From a virus (Duplodnaviria; Caudoviricetes): 40,833 nucleotides of DNA. The notes under the pieces are model-generated. The model saw nothing but the letters and a program-made list of their open reading frames with translations. It was not told where the DNA came from and searched no databases. The stretch's first letter is position 1, and every line of letters begins with the position of its first letter. Below are positions 24,775-34,361 of the stretch, one piece after another. The position numbers were made by a program, and so were the translations under genes. The stretch is taken from positions 1 through 40,833 of IMG/VR virus record IMGVR_UViG_3300006129_000013; one strand, 5' to 3'.

Positions 24775-27700
24775 GGCGTCATCCCCATCCCCACCTGTTG
24801 GCGAGATACCTGCATCGCCACGCTCATGGCTTGGTCTTGCGTGGGTCCGTTGTTGACTGTGACCGGGCCGTTGAACTGGCTGCCGTGGATGGTGTCACCG
24901 GCTGCGGCATTGGGATCCTGATCCGAGGACGGCTTGCCGTTGCCCTGTAACGGCGGCGCCGACTGGCCGGTGGTGTCACCCTGTCCGGTTTGTCCGGGTT
25001 GATCGGGGCGCCCGTCTGCACCTTGCTGTGTGCCCTTCTGGCCCTGCTGACCGGTGTCGGCCGTGTTGGAGGTGGTCGGGTGTGCGCCCATCACGCCGCC
25101 GAGGATCTTTGCGCCCCAACCGTTCTGCGGTGCATCTGGCAGGAATGTCTGCATCAGACCGGAGGCGAGGATGCCGCCGACCTGCGCGCCATAGGTGATG
25201 CCGCGGGTCAGTTCCTGCATGCCGATCTGCGCGGCGATTCCCGCGGCCGCGCCGGCGCCCGGTGCCATCGCGTCGCTGGCCATTCCCGCCGCGCCGATCG
25301 CGGCACTGACACCCTGCTGGGCGATGCCGAGGATGCCACCGCCAGACAGTCCGAGGCCTTGACCGGTTCCGGTCATCTGTTTGGGTAGCTCGCCAGGGGT
25401 CAGTGCGGGATTCAGTGACCCGTTGACGGCCGAACCGGTGGCGCCGGGTGTGCCCATAACGCTGCGCGCCAACATGCCACGGCCGCCCGCCGCGCCGCCA
25501 CCGGCACCGCCGAACCCACCGCCGGGTCCACCGCCGGCCAGTGACGCCAACCCGAGCAGGCCCGTGCCGCCGCCGGGGGCGAATCCGCCGTAAGTGTCGG
25601 TGACCGCGTTGAGCGCACCGAATACCGGCGCGAACGCGAGATCCCCGAGGAACGCCGTCAGGTTCTGCGCGATGCCGCCGACGCCCTTGGACACACCGAA
25701 GTCCGCCGCCAGCGGAGCGCCCCAGGATCCGCCGCCACTACGGGAGCCACCGCCAGTGGATGATCCGACCATTGATGCGCGCGATGCCGGATTCCAGTGC
25801 GCCGCATGGAAGTCGCCCTGCTTGGCGGCGTCCAGCTCCCCGCGCGCCTTGGTCAACTCCTCGTTTTTGGCCTTGATTTCCTGGTCGATCTTGTCCTTTT
25901 CGGACTGCTTGGTCTTGACCGTTTCCTCGGACTTCTTCTCCTCAAGGATCTTGATGTCGGACTCAAGCTTGTCGATCTTGCCTTGCGCGGCGTCGACCTT
26001 TTTCGGGTCGGAGGTGTAATACCCCGGCATGCCGTTCGGACCGGTGCCCGCCGTCGCACCCGGCGGCAACCCGCCACCGTAGGCGCTTCCCGGTGCGGTG
26101 TAGCTGAAACTTCCACCGCCGCCACCGGTACCGCCGCCGCCACCCGATCCGCCGGCGCCGTCGCCCCAGGCCTGCGGCAGAAACATGTGGTGATCGAACT
26201 CCGAGGATGACGCCCCGGCGGCGCCGGCACCGACGACAAGCTTGCCCGCCGGACCGGACTCGGCGTTCTCCCCGTCGGACAATGTCATGGCGGCGTGACC
26301 AGAGTTCGGGCCGCCGCCCTTGTCATACCAGCCGACCGAGATGGAACCGGGACCGCCGACGCCGGTCTGGAAGCCCAGCGACGCCAGCCACTGGCCCATG
26401 TTCTTGGTGCTCGGCAAGCTTCCCGTGCCGACACCAATAGATGCGGAGATGATGCGCGCCACCATGCCGCTGCAGTCGGTGCGCGCGGCTTGGCTGTACG
26501 GGGTGCCCTCCATCATGTGGGCGACCTGCACATCCTGGCCGAGTGGGCCGCCGCCTTCGCGGTGCAGCGCGTCGCGGAACGCATGGACAGCGGAGTGACC
26601 GCCCATCGCCTGCACATCAGAATGCGTGAGGACATGCTCGCCGTCGGCGCCCCAGAACAGTGCGGAGTCTTTGCCTTTCGGACCGGGTGCATTCAGCGGA
26701 CCGCCGCCGGCGCGGCCACCGGCCTGAGGAATGCCCGAGGCTGACAGTGGTCGCGAATCGCCGGGAGTGGCAGGGATGAACCCCGGTGTGGTCAGCTGCG
26801 CCGGGTCGATGGGCCGACCGTTCTGGTCGGTATAGGCCACGCGCACCGAAATGTGCCCGTCCGGCAGGTGCTCGATCGTGAAGCCCAGATCCTCAAACTC
26901 TTTGACCAGTTCGGGGCTGTTGTCCTTCAGGACGATCTCATGGCTGTCGGGCAGCTCTTTGGTCTTATCCTTGAGCAGTTCCGTCGCCTTGGCGGCGGTG
27001 GCCGCGTGTTCGCCGGCTTTACCCAGCGAATCCGCAAGCTTCGGCGCCGTATTGGTGGCGAAATTGAGCAGCACGTTGCCGCCGGTGTCCATGCCGTGGA
27101 ACAGGGTCTCGGCGCTGTCGGCCGCCCCGCCAAGCTTGCCGCCGGCCTTTTCGATGGCACGTCCGGTTTCGCCGAGCGGACCGGGAATCCATGACGTGAT
27201 CTTGCCGACGTTGGTCAACTCGTCGGCGAATCCCTTGAGTGCCTTGGCCGACCCTTCGCCGAGTTCGCCGAGCGCCTTCAGGGTGTTGCCGATACCGAAG
27301 GAGATCCAGCCGGCCATCTCGATCGCGGCCTGACCGGCGCGAGTGAAGAAGGAGATTAGCTCGGACTGGTGGCCCTGTACCCAGCTCACCAGTTTGTCGA
27401 GCATCGGCTGAATCTCGTTGAATAGCGCCGAGGAAACCGGGCGCATCGCCTCGTCGAGGTTGTTGTGGAACAGCTGCCACTTCTCGGCGGTCGTCATCGT
27501 CGCGTCGGCCTGCTGTTTGATCGACAGCGTTGACGTGTTCAGCGCCCCGGTCAGATTGTTCAGGTCAAGGGTGCCGTTCTCGATCGCGTCGATGAACGTG
27601 GCGCCACCGCCGCGCTGACCCGCGCCGAAGATTTTGGTAGCCAGATTGATTGCACCGGCGCGGTCGCCGGCCCTCTCCAGCTTGTCGATCTCGGTGACGG

Positions 27701-28865
27701 TGTCGCGAATGATGTCGGCCGGGGTTTTGCCCTTCTCCCCCGGCTTGGTGGAATCGTTGACCGCGCGACTGATCGCCGGTCCGATGGTCTGCAGATTGAC
27801 ACCTGCGGCATCGAGTTGGGTGAAGAATCCAAGTGCCTGCTGCGCCGACATGCCCGAGAATGCCTCGCGCATCACGGTGCCGGACTTACTGAACGTGGCC
27901 AGCATCGCGTCGACACTGAGGCCGGTGCGCGCCGATGCGGTGTAGAGCTGGTCGATGAAGCGGCCGGTGTCTTTACCCTCGACGCCGAAGAGCTTTGTGG
28001 CTTGCGCCAATTGGTGCATGTTGACCGGCGCCTGGCCGGACTTCTCATCCAGCAGTGTGATCTGCTGCGTGACGTTGGCCAGTTCGTCGCCACTAAGGTG
28101 CAGGTTGCGGCTGACGTCGGCGGCGACATTGCCGAGTTGACCCAGGCTGGCCGGCGTCGTCTTGGCCAGTTCGCCGACGGTGTTGGTGATATCAGCCAAC
28201 CCGCCGCCACTGAGGCCGGTCTGGAACTGCAGCTTCTTGCCGAGGTTGTCCCACTCTTGGCCGATCTCGAAAAACTTGGTTGGGACGTCGGCGATCGTCT
28301 CGACGAGACCTTGAAATCCCATCGCCAACGCGCCGCCGACGACGCCGCCGAGTGCTGCGGCGGCCGCGGTGGAGCTGGCGAAGTTGGTGGTCAGCTTCTC
28401 GACTGTCTCATTCGACCGAATCGCCTGACCGGCACTTGAGGACATGGCGCCGAAGAGGTTTTGGTGCTCCCTCGTTGCGCCATTGACGGCCGACTTCAGC
28501 CGGTCGTATTGGTTGGTCGCGGCCGCTGTCGTGTCGGCGAGCCTGCGCTGCATCTGCTCAAGGCGCTCGGTCTCCCGAACCGCTTGCGAGGAATTGGCGC
28601 CGAATTTCTCGACGGCATCGTTGAGCTTGACCTGCTCGGAGCGGACGTTGCCCATCATGTCCTGCAGCGAGCGGTACGACCGCTGATAGCCCGACAGCGC
28701 CTTCTCGACGTCCCTGTCGCCCTTGGCCACCGCCGTGGACAACTGGTTGGCGAACTCGGTGCCGGCCTGTCGGCCGTGCTCGGAGAAGAACCGCTTGGCG
28801 TCCTCCGCGGCGGTAGCGGCCGAGCGTTCGTCGAGCCGAGCCATCACGTCCAAATAGATAGAAAT
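24771..28865 (-). CDS. tape measure protein with an embedded NlpC/P60-like peptidase domain
   Basis: About 1360 aa, Ala/Gly-rich, follows the chaperones; TDCSGM...GHAAMTL...AES. Proposed ATT start at 28865 (TTG 28853 is the alternative). Confidence 0.93.
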   Translation of the reverse strand: MSIYLDVMARLDERSAATAAEDAKRFFSEHGRQAGTEFANQLSTAVAKGDRDVEKALSGYQRSYRSLQDMMGNVRSEQVKLNDAVEKFGANSSQAVRETERLEQMQRRLADTTAAATNQYDRLKSAVNGATREHQNLFGAMSSSAGQAIRSNETVEKLTTNFASSTAAAAALGGVVGGALAMGFQGLVETIADVPTKFFEIGQEWDNLGKKLQFQTGLSGGGLADITNTVGELAKTTPASLGQLGNVAADVSRNLHLSGDELANVTQQITLLDEKSGQAPVNMHQLAQATKLFGVEGKDTGRFIDQLYTASARTGLSVDAMLATFSKSGTVMREAFSGMSAQQALGFFTQLDAAGVNLQTIGPAISRAVNDSTKPGEKGKTPADIIRDTVTEIDKLERAGDRAGAINLATKIFGAGQRGGGATFIDAIENGTLDLNNLTGALNTSTLSIKQQADATMTTAEKWQLFHNNLDEAMRPVSSALFNEIQPMLDKLVSWVQGHQSELISFFTRAGQAAIEMAGWISFGIGNTLKALGELGEGSAKALKGFADELTNVGKITSWIPGPLGETGRAIEKAGGKLGGAADSAETLFHGMDTGGNVLLNFATNTAPKLADSLGKAGEHAATAAKATELLKDKTKELPDSHEIVLKDNSPELVKEFEDLGFTIEHLPDGHISVRVAYTDQNGRPIDPAQLTTPGFIPATPGDSRPLSASGIPQAGGRAGGGPLNAPGPKGKDSALFWGADGEHVLTHSDVQAMGGHSAVHAFRDALHREGGGPLGQDVQVAHMMEGTPYSQAARTDCSGMVARIISASIGVGTGSLPSTKNMGQWLASLGFQTGVGGPGSISVGWYDKGGGPNSGHAAMTLSDGENAESGPAGKLVVGAGAAGASSSEFDHHMFLPQAWGDGAGGSGGGGGTGGGGGSFSYTAPGSAYGGGLPPGATAGTGPNGMPGYYTSDPKKVDAAQGKIDKLESDIKILEEKKSEETVKTKQSEKDKIDQEIKAKNEELTKARGELDAAKQGDFHAAHWNPASRASMVGSSTGGGSRSGGGSWGAPLAADFGVSKGVGGIAQNLTAFLGDLAFAPVFGALNAVTDTYGGFAPGGGTGLLGLASLAGGGPGGGFGGAGGGAAGGRGMLARSVMGTPGATGSAVNGSLNPALTPGELPKQMTGTGQGLGLSGGGILGIAQQGVSAAIGAAGMASDAMAPGAGAAAGIAAQIGMQELTRGITYGAQVGGILASGLMQTFLPDAPQNGWGAKILGGVMGAHPTTSNTADTGQQGQKGTQQGADGRPDQPGQTGQGDTTGQSAPPLQGNGKPSSDQDPNAAAGDTIHGSQFNGPVTVNNGPTQDQAMSVAMQVSRQQVGMGMTP

Positions 28866-28868
28866 GGC

Positions 28869-29255
28869 TCAGCTCCTTCCGAATAATTGGCAACTCAGGT
28901 CTTCCTGCAGTTCCTGGCCGACTTCTTCCTCGTCGGCCTGGGCGCGCAGTTCACCGGGTGAAATCCACAGCACCGGCTCGTAATTCGCGCCGTGCATCCC
29001 GTGATAGGACGCCCGCAGCTTGGATAGCTCGTTGACGCCGGTCTGGATCATGCGAATCCGTGCCGGCCATTCGCCGTCGCGTTCCGCCTCGGTCTTGAAG
29101 GCTGATTCCTCGGGCAGGTGGCGCACCAGCGCCATCAGTTCGCGCGAGGACATCACGCCCCGCCACCAGTCGCCGATGCTGCGGCGGTGATAGCGAGACA
29201 GGTCGGACTCAATCTCCGTCGGCCACGACCTCATCAGCATCAGTGCTTCCCGCAC
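28869..29255 (-). CDS. tail assembly chaperone, downstream (gpT-like) frame
   Basis: WPTEIESDLSRYHRRSIGDWWRG..SSRELM; overlaps the upstream chaperone by 47 nt. Confidence 0.82.
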   Translation of the reverse strand: MREALMLMRSWPTEIESDLSRYHRRSIGDWWRGVMSSRELMALVRHLPEESAFKTEAERDGEWPARIRMIQTGVNELSKLRASYHGMHGANYEPVLWISPGELRAQADEEEVGQELQEDLSCQLFGRS

Positions 29256-29736
29256 TTTTGGAGTCTTGGGCCAGCCGATCGGAGAACTGTCGCTGCATCT
29301 TGCGCCAGATCACCGGGATCAGCGTCGTGTTCGGCTTCTCGCCGATCTCCTTGCACTTGGCGACGTAGAGGTCGTAACCGTCCTGACCCCACAAAGCAAT
29401 AGCGAGCCGCACCGCATATGGCGGGCGAACGAGTTCCCCTCCCTTGCGGTGCGGCTCAATCAGGACATGGTCGACGACAGGGTCGCCGGTGACGGGGTGA
29501 ACGACTACCTCGCCGGTGATGGCGTTGCGGCGTTCTACCTCGTCGCGGTCGCAGAAACGCAGGGAATCCTGCAGTTCCTCGTACCGTTCGAGTTGCTCGT
29601 CGTCCATCAGGCCGGGGTTCGGGATCTCGAACTTCTCGTCGCCGACCTTCAGCCATTCGCTGGCAGCGAAACCGAAGTAGTCGGCGGCCTGCTCGCGGGC
29701 CTCGGACGGGGACAGCGCGCGCGGATTACGGGCCAT
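29209..29736 (-). CDS. tail assembly chaperone (gpG-like)
   Basis: Between the major tail and tape measure genes; AREQAADYFGF, PPYAVRLAIALWG. Confidence 0.85.
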   Translation of the reverse strand: MARNPRALSPSEAREQAADYFGFAASEWLKVGDEKFEIPNPGLMDDEQLERYEELQDSLRFCDRDEVERRNAITGEVVVHPVTGDPVVDHVLIEPHRKGGELVRPPYAVRLAIALWGQDGYDLYVAKCKEIGEKPNTTLIPVIWRKMQRQFSDRLAQDSKSAGSTDADEVVADGD

Positions 29737-29779
29737 ATGTGTACCTTTCGGGCTTGGGCTTGGGCTGGTGTGGGCTTGA

Positions 29780-29819
29780 CCTGCTGCGGGTGACCCAGCC
29801 CAAGGCCACCCGCAGCAGG
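29780..29819 (-). terminator. 13-bp hairpin after the major tail gene
   Basis: cctgctgcgggtg / cacccgcagcagg, no U-tract. Confidence 0.55.
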
Positions 29820-29823
29820 GGTA

Positions 29824-30900
29824 TTAAGCGGTCGCCGTGATCGAGTTCGACGACGTCGAGGTGGTCGCGACGTTGTCTGAACCGGTTGCGGTGATCTGGA
29901 ACTTGTAGGTGCTCGCCGCGGTCAGGCCGGTCACGGTGAAGACCAGCGTGCCGGTGCCGACGCCGGTCGGGTTGGTGCCCGCACCGAGAGTCGAGCTGGT
30001 GTAGGCGCCAGTACCGCCGACCTGCTGAGCCACCGTGTAGGTGACGGTCGCCGGGTCGTAGTCGGTCGGCTCGGCGACGGTGACCGTCGCCTTGGCACCC
30101 GACACCGCGGCAGCCACCGGGGCGGTCGAGGAGAACGTCGGAGCGCCACCGGCGCTGAGCCAGCCGGCACCGGAACGCCAGCGCGCGCGACCGGCGGCCA
30201 GCGGACGACCGGTGGTGTCCACGAAGTACGGGTCGAGCAGGTCATCGAAGGTGATGTCGAGGCTGTCGGCGCTCTTCTTGTCCCAGGTTCGCTTGTTGAC
30301 CTTGTCGACGGCGACGCGGGGATGCGGGATGGCGGTGTACTCGGCGCCACCGGCGGTCGCGTCGGCGCGGATCACCAGCAACTGGCGTTCGATCAGTGCG
30401 GCGTCGGCCAGCTTGCCGACGAAATAGTTGGACGCGCCGTCATCGACCATCGAGGACAGCGGCAGGTTGTACTCCAGCGCATCGGTCAGGCCGGTGGACT
30501 CCAGTGCGACGAAGCTGACCGAGCCGCCTTCCTTCTGGATGTCGGAGCGCAGCGTCTCGTTGGACTGCAGACCCTCGAGCTTGTCGACGGCCATGTCGGG
30601 CATGTGATCCACACCCTTGCTGTCCAGCCAGCCGATCAGATACCAGCCCTGATTGGCGGCGGTGTTCTTGATCCACTGTCCGGCGTTGACCGGGTCGGGA
30701 ACAGCGGCGAGCAGATCCAGGCGAATCTGGCCGTCCTGAGCGAACGGCGAGAACACGCCGGGGCTCATGTTGGTGGTCGAGCCGAAGTAGTCGCGAACGA
30801 GGACCGCGACGCGACCGCCGCGGCGAACGCGGTTGGTACGCAGCGACCCGAGGTTAGAGGTTGACCACGGTGCGCCGGTGGAGGGAACAGTGAGTGCCAC
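29824..30900 (-). CDS. major tail protein with a C-terminal FN3/Ig-like domain
   Basis: Synteny; strong RBS; C-terminal VTGLTAASTYKFQITATG. Confidence 0.88.
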   Translation of the reverse strand: MALTVPSTGAPWSTSNLGSLRTNRVRRGGRVAVLVRDYFGSTTNMSPGVFSPFAQDGQIRLDLLAAVPDPVNAGQWIKNTAANQGWYLIGWLDSKGVDHMPDMAVDKLEGLQSNETLRSDIQKEGGSVSFVALESTGLTDALEYNLPLSSMVDDGASNYFVGKLADAALIERQLLVIRADATAGGAEYTAIPHPRVAVDKVNKRTWDKKSADSLDITFDDLLDPYFVDTTGRPLAAGRARWRSGAGWLSAGGAPTFSSTAPVAAAVSGAKATVTVAEPTDYDPATVTYTVAQQVGGTGAYTSSTLGAGTNPTGVGTGTLVFTVTGLTAASTYKFQITATGSDNVATTSTSSNSITATA

Positions 30901-30968
30901 TGTGATTTCCTTTCGGGAAGGGGTGAGAGAAACCGGAAGGACCGGCGAGGGTTGGGCTGGAGAAACCG

Positions 30969-31376
30969 TTAGAAGCTGAGCGCGACGCCGAGCTTGTAGC
31001 GGGCGATGAACCGATAGATATCCGGCTCTTCATAGTCGAGATGGATCGGCTTCTGCACCGTCTCGACGTATTGAACCGACACCGTCGACCCGTCGGACAG
31101 CGTGACCGTTGCCAGTGGATCGTTGGCCAGCAGCAGCATTCGCCGATGGCCTGCATCAGCGAAATCCGATGCGTCGGTGTAGGTGTCGGCGAAGGTGTGC
31201 ACCGACAGGACCGCATCGTCGGCGTACAGCTCAACATCGGAGCCAGCGACGCGGCTGATCAGCCGGTACGGCAACGGGTCGCCCTGTTTGCGCACGGCAT
31301 AGCAGGGCTGACCCAGTGGGCGCAGCCACGCGATGGCCACCTCGACGGCATTCGGGGCGCTCAGTGCATAAGTCAC
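30969..31376 (-). CDS. tail terminator
   Basis: APNAVEVAIAWLRPLG, DPLPYRLISRVAG, RFIARY; directly before the major tail gene. Confidence 0.8.
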   Translation of the reverse strand: MTYALSAPNAVEVAIAWLRPLGQPCYAVRKQGDPLPYRLISRVAGSDVELYADDAVLSVHTFADTYTDASDFADAGHRRMLLLANDPLATVTLSDGSTVSVQYVETVQKPIHLDYEEPDIYRFIARYKLGVALSF

Positions 31377-31996
31377 CGTCGCCGCCTTCCGCCGTTTCCG
31401 CCGTTGCGCCCGGACCGATCGGCCTGCGTGCGTCCCGACTTGAACGCCTCGCTGCGATGCACATTCGCCGCCTCAAAGTGCTTGGCGGCCAGCGCCGCGT
31501 CCTCGCGGGAGCCACTGCGGCGGGCATGCTCAAGTTCTTCTTTGGCGCTGCGGAACTTGGACTGTGCGGCGCCGATCTGGCCGTCGTAATTCGGGCCAGA
31601 TCCGCCGAGTTCGGCTGCAGCCTTGGTGAACGGCGCGTACTCGGGCATGTGCGCCGAGCCGTACTCAATCCACACGGCTTTGATGTCTTTGGAGATGACG
31701 CGGGCGACGGGTAGGCCGCCGGAGTCCGACGTTGTCACCCAGGTGATCTCGATGGAGTCGCGGAACTCCCCCACCGAGCCGTCGGCCGGCGACTCGCGCC
31801 GCGGCGGTCGGTCACCGAACACCGGGGCGTAGGACTTGACGGCTTCCTGCAGCTGCTCGGCGAGCTTCTGCACTTCGGCGTGGATCTCGGGACTGCCAAA
31901 GGCCTTCACGACATCCTCGTGGCTGATGCCGGTGCCGGGGAACGGGTCGGTGCCGATCCCGTGCGCGTCGTAGTTATTGCCGTGGCCGATGATCAC
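31373..31996 (-). CDS. HK97 gp10-like neck/tail completion protein
   Basis: VKSYAPV...GEFRDSI...WIEYGSAHMPEYAPF; GTG 31996 overlaps the upstream stop. Confidence 0.72.
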   Translation of the reverse strand: MIIGHGNNYDAHGIGTDPFPGTGISHEDVVKAFGSPEIHAEVQKLAEQLQEAVKSYAPVFGDRPPRRESPADGSVGEFRDSIEITWVTTSDSGGLPVARVISKDIKAVWIEYGSAHMPEYAPFTKAAAELGGSGPNYDGQIGAAQSKFRSAKEELEHARRSGSREDAALAAKHFEAANVHRSEAFKSGRTQADRSGRNGGNGGRRRR

Positions 31997-32388
31997 GACG
32001 AGCGCACCTTCAGGTAGCACTCGGTGTGATGCTGGCGACCGAAGTGATCGACCCATATCGACGGTTCCCCGTCGACGTCGTAGACGATTCCGGTGGTGTA
32101 GTAGGTGGCGCCGTCGATCGTGTACGAGGTGTCGGTCTGCTGGGACGTCACCAGTTCGACCTGGCTGGTCGGCGTCAACGGGGCTGATGTTGGGGCGAAC
32201 AATTCGTAGCGGCTGATCGAGACGTCGGTCAGGTTGCCGACCTGGCGTTCGGTCTGCACCGCCTGCAGCGAACAACTTCTGACCACCACGGGCGGCAGCG
32301 CCACCGGCGTCGTCTCATACCGTCCGGGTGCGCCTTCCGTCTTGTTGCGCACGATGACGTTCTGCCGACCCAGGTGGATCTGCGTCAC
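31993..32388 (-). CDS. head-to-tail stopper
   Basis: Synteny; YDVDGEPSIW...HHTECYL. Confidence 0.75.
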   Translation of the reverse strand: MTQIHLGRQNVIVRNKTEGAPGRYETTPVALPPVVVRSCSLQAVQTERQVGNLTDVSISRYELFAPTSAPLTPTSQVELVTSQQTDTSYTIDGATYYTTGIVYDVDGEPSIWVDHFGRQHHTECYLKVRSS

Positions 32389-33017
32389 AGCGTCATCCGG
32401 CGATACATGTCGAGATCGGAGCGCAGGTCAGGGAACGCGGTCAGCGACAAACCGACTGCGGCGGGCTCGATGCGGGTGCGGCCCGTCGACTGCACCTTGG
32501 CCATATCAGGGTTGGCGTAGGCGGCAGCAGCCAGCTCGAGGGCGACCCGCTTGAACACCGACGGCACGACCCGGTAGCCGTGCGAATAAGTCACCGTCAC
32601 CGGCACGCCGGCGGGCCACTTGAAATACAGTTCGCCGGCGTAGAACGAACCGCCGTAGACGACGCGGTACAACCGGCCGTCGGGGCGCCAGTCATACATC
32701 AGCAGCGTCGACGTCGTGTTGGTGGTGACCGGGACCAGTGATTGTCCGGCCATCGACACCGCTGACACCGCAGTGATCGGACGCTCGGGCAGCACCAGGA
32801 TCTCGCTGTTGTCGCCGTAGACGGTGACCTGATCGCTGTCGACATAATCGACCGACAGGCGCAGGTCTTCGCGCACCGCATCCGATGCCAGTTGCGCCAG
32901 CAGGAACGCCGCCGGGTCGTCGCTGTCGATGCTGATCTGCAGCCGCGCGGCGAGTTCGTCAACCTCGAAGAACGGCGCCCCGGTGTAGGCGTAGGGGAAC
33001 ATGTACGGCGACGTCAT
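32385..33017 (-). CDS. head-to-tail adaptor
   Basis: LVLPERPITAVSAV, VTVTYSHGY, YANP motifs. Confidence 0.82.
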   Translation of the reverse strand: MTSPYMFPYAYTGAPFFEVDELAARLQISIDSDDPAAFLLAQLASDAVREDLRLSVDYVDSDQVTVYGDNSEILVLPERPITAVSAVSMAGQSLVPVTTNTTSTLLMYDWRPDGRLYRVVYGGSFYAGELYFKWPAGVPVTVTYSHGYRVVPSVFKRVALELAAAAYANPDMAKVQSTGRTRIEPAAVGLSLTAFPDLRSDLDMYRRMTL

Positions 33018-33034
33018 GTCACACCCTTCTCATG

Positions 33035-34012
33035 TCAGAGCACGCTCTGGTAAGCGGCTTCCCAGTCGGGCCAGCCGTTCTGGATCGTGTAGTCGGCCGC
33101 GACCTGTTTGGCTTTGGCGCCCATGTCGGCGCGCATGTCGGCGTCGTGGATCAGGTCGCGCATCCGCGACGCCCACTCATGGTCGCGGCGGATCAGGTAG
33201 CCGGTCACGCCGTCGACGACGAAGTCTCGATACGGTTCGACGTCCGAGGCGATGACCGGGATGCCCAGCGCGGCATATTCCAATGCCTTGATGTAGGACT
33301 TGGACCGCGCGAACACGCTCGGTTTCAGCGGGGCCAGGCCGATGTCGAAATCGATCAGCCGGTAGTAGTCGGTGGTCGTCGGGCACCACGGGGTGTGCCG
33401 TATCGGCCGACGGATCACGCTGGTGAAGTCGGGGCCAATGAAGTGCACGTCGACGTCGCGGTGCCGGTCGATGGTTTTGCGTAGCCCGTAGGCGCACTCG
33501 CCGAGGTCGTACAGATGCGACGCCCCGCCGGCCCAGCCGATGGTCACCTTGTCGCGGCGCGGACGCTCAATGCTCAGCAGTGATTCGTCGATGCGGTTCT
33601 TCAGCACCACCACGTTGGGGTTGTAGGTGCGCATCCGTTCGGCCAGTGGTTCGGTGGACACTGTGACCAGGGATGCGACCTGCATGCAGTGCGCGATGCT
33701 GTCCTGTGCTTCCGGGCGGCCGTAGGCGAAGGCGACCGGGTTGTGTGTTTCGATCTCAAACGGGTCGTCGTCGAGTTCGTAGACCAGGCGGGAATGCTTG
33801 GCCAGGTTGCGCCACCACTGATGGATGGTGACCGGGTCGCTGTGGCCGCCGATCAGCTGACCGACGATGACGTCGGCGCCCTCCGCGGACTGGTCGGACT
33901 TCGCGCCACACCAGGACGTCTCATGCCCGTGGCGTCCGAGTTCGTCCAGCGGGAGCCGGATCCGGTAGTAGCCGCCGCCCTCAAACTGTCGGGCGAAGCC
34001 TTTGACCTTCAA
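33035..34012 (-). CDS. GT-B (GT4-like) glycosyltransferase
   Basis: GGYYRIRLP, YELDDD, IGWAGGASH, DIGLAPL...SKSYIKALEYAALGIPVIASDVEPY. Confidence 0.9.
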   Translation of the reverse strand: MKVKGFARQFEGGGYYRIRLPLDELGRHGHETSWCGAKSDQSAEGADVIVGQLIGGHSDPVTIHQWWRNLAKHSRLVYELDDDPFEIETHNPVAFAYGRPEAQDSIAHCMQVASLVTVSTEPLAERMRTYNPNVVVLKNRIDESLLSIERPRRDKVTIGWAGGASHLYDLGECAYGLRKTIDRHRDVDVHFIGPDFTSVIRRPIRHTPWCPTTTDYYRLIDFDIGLAPLKPSVFARSKSYIKALEYAALGIPVIASDVEPYRDFVVDGVTGYLIRRDHEWASRMRDLIHDADMRADMGAKAKQVAADYTIQNGWPDWEAAYQSVL

Positions 34013-34014
34013 CG

Positions 34015-34257
34015 CTATTCGGCGGTGTGCTTCGCAGTGGTGCGACGACGCCGGGGTGTGTCGTGCGCCGGTTCGGCGCGATCCTCGCCCTTGGGGGCGA
34101 CGGCGCGTTCCTCGTCGGTCACGGCGACCGGTTCGGCGTAACGCAGCTGGCAGTAACGGGCGCCCACCTCGTCGGGTACATCAATGATGTCGCCGGGGTT
34201 CACACCTTCGCGGCCGTGGAATGTGCCGGAGATCTGGATCTTCATACGCAGACGCAT
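34015..34257 (-). CDS. small capsid-adjacent protein
   Basis: CAGGAG RBS before ATG 34257; GDIIDVPDEVGARYC...AEPV, basic tail. Confidence 0.72.
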   Translation of the reverse strand: MRLRMKIQISGTFHGREGVNPGDIIDVPDEVGARYCQLRYAEPVAVTDEERAVAPKGEDRAEPAHDTPRRRRTTAKHTAE

Positions 34258-34361
34258 GATTGGGCTCCTGAATGGGTGGTGGTGGGCTGATTTTCGGGTC
34301 TCCCCGACGCGCGGACGCAGGATCACTGACACCGCGCGCCGGGGAAATCCTGATGGCCTAC

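Noticed and set aside
34300-34345. Hairpin downstream of the capsid gene as a novel RNA
   Set aside because: An imperfect stem after a highly expressed gene is most simply an ordinary terminator or stabiliser; nothing else supports more.
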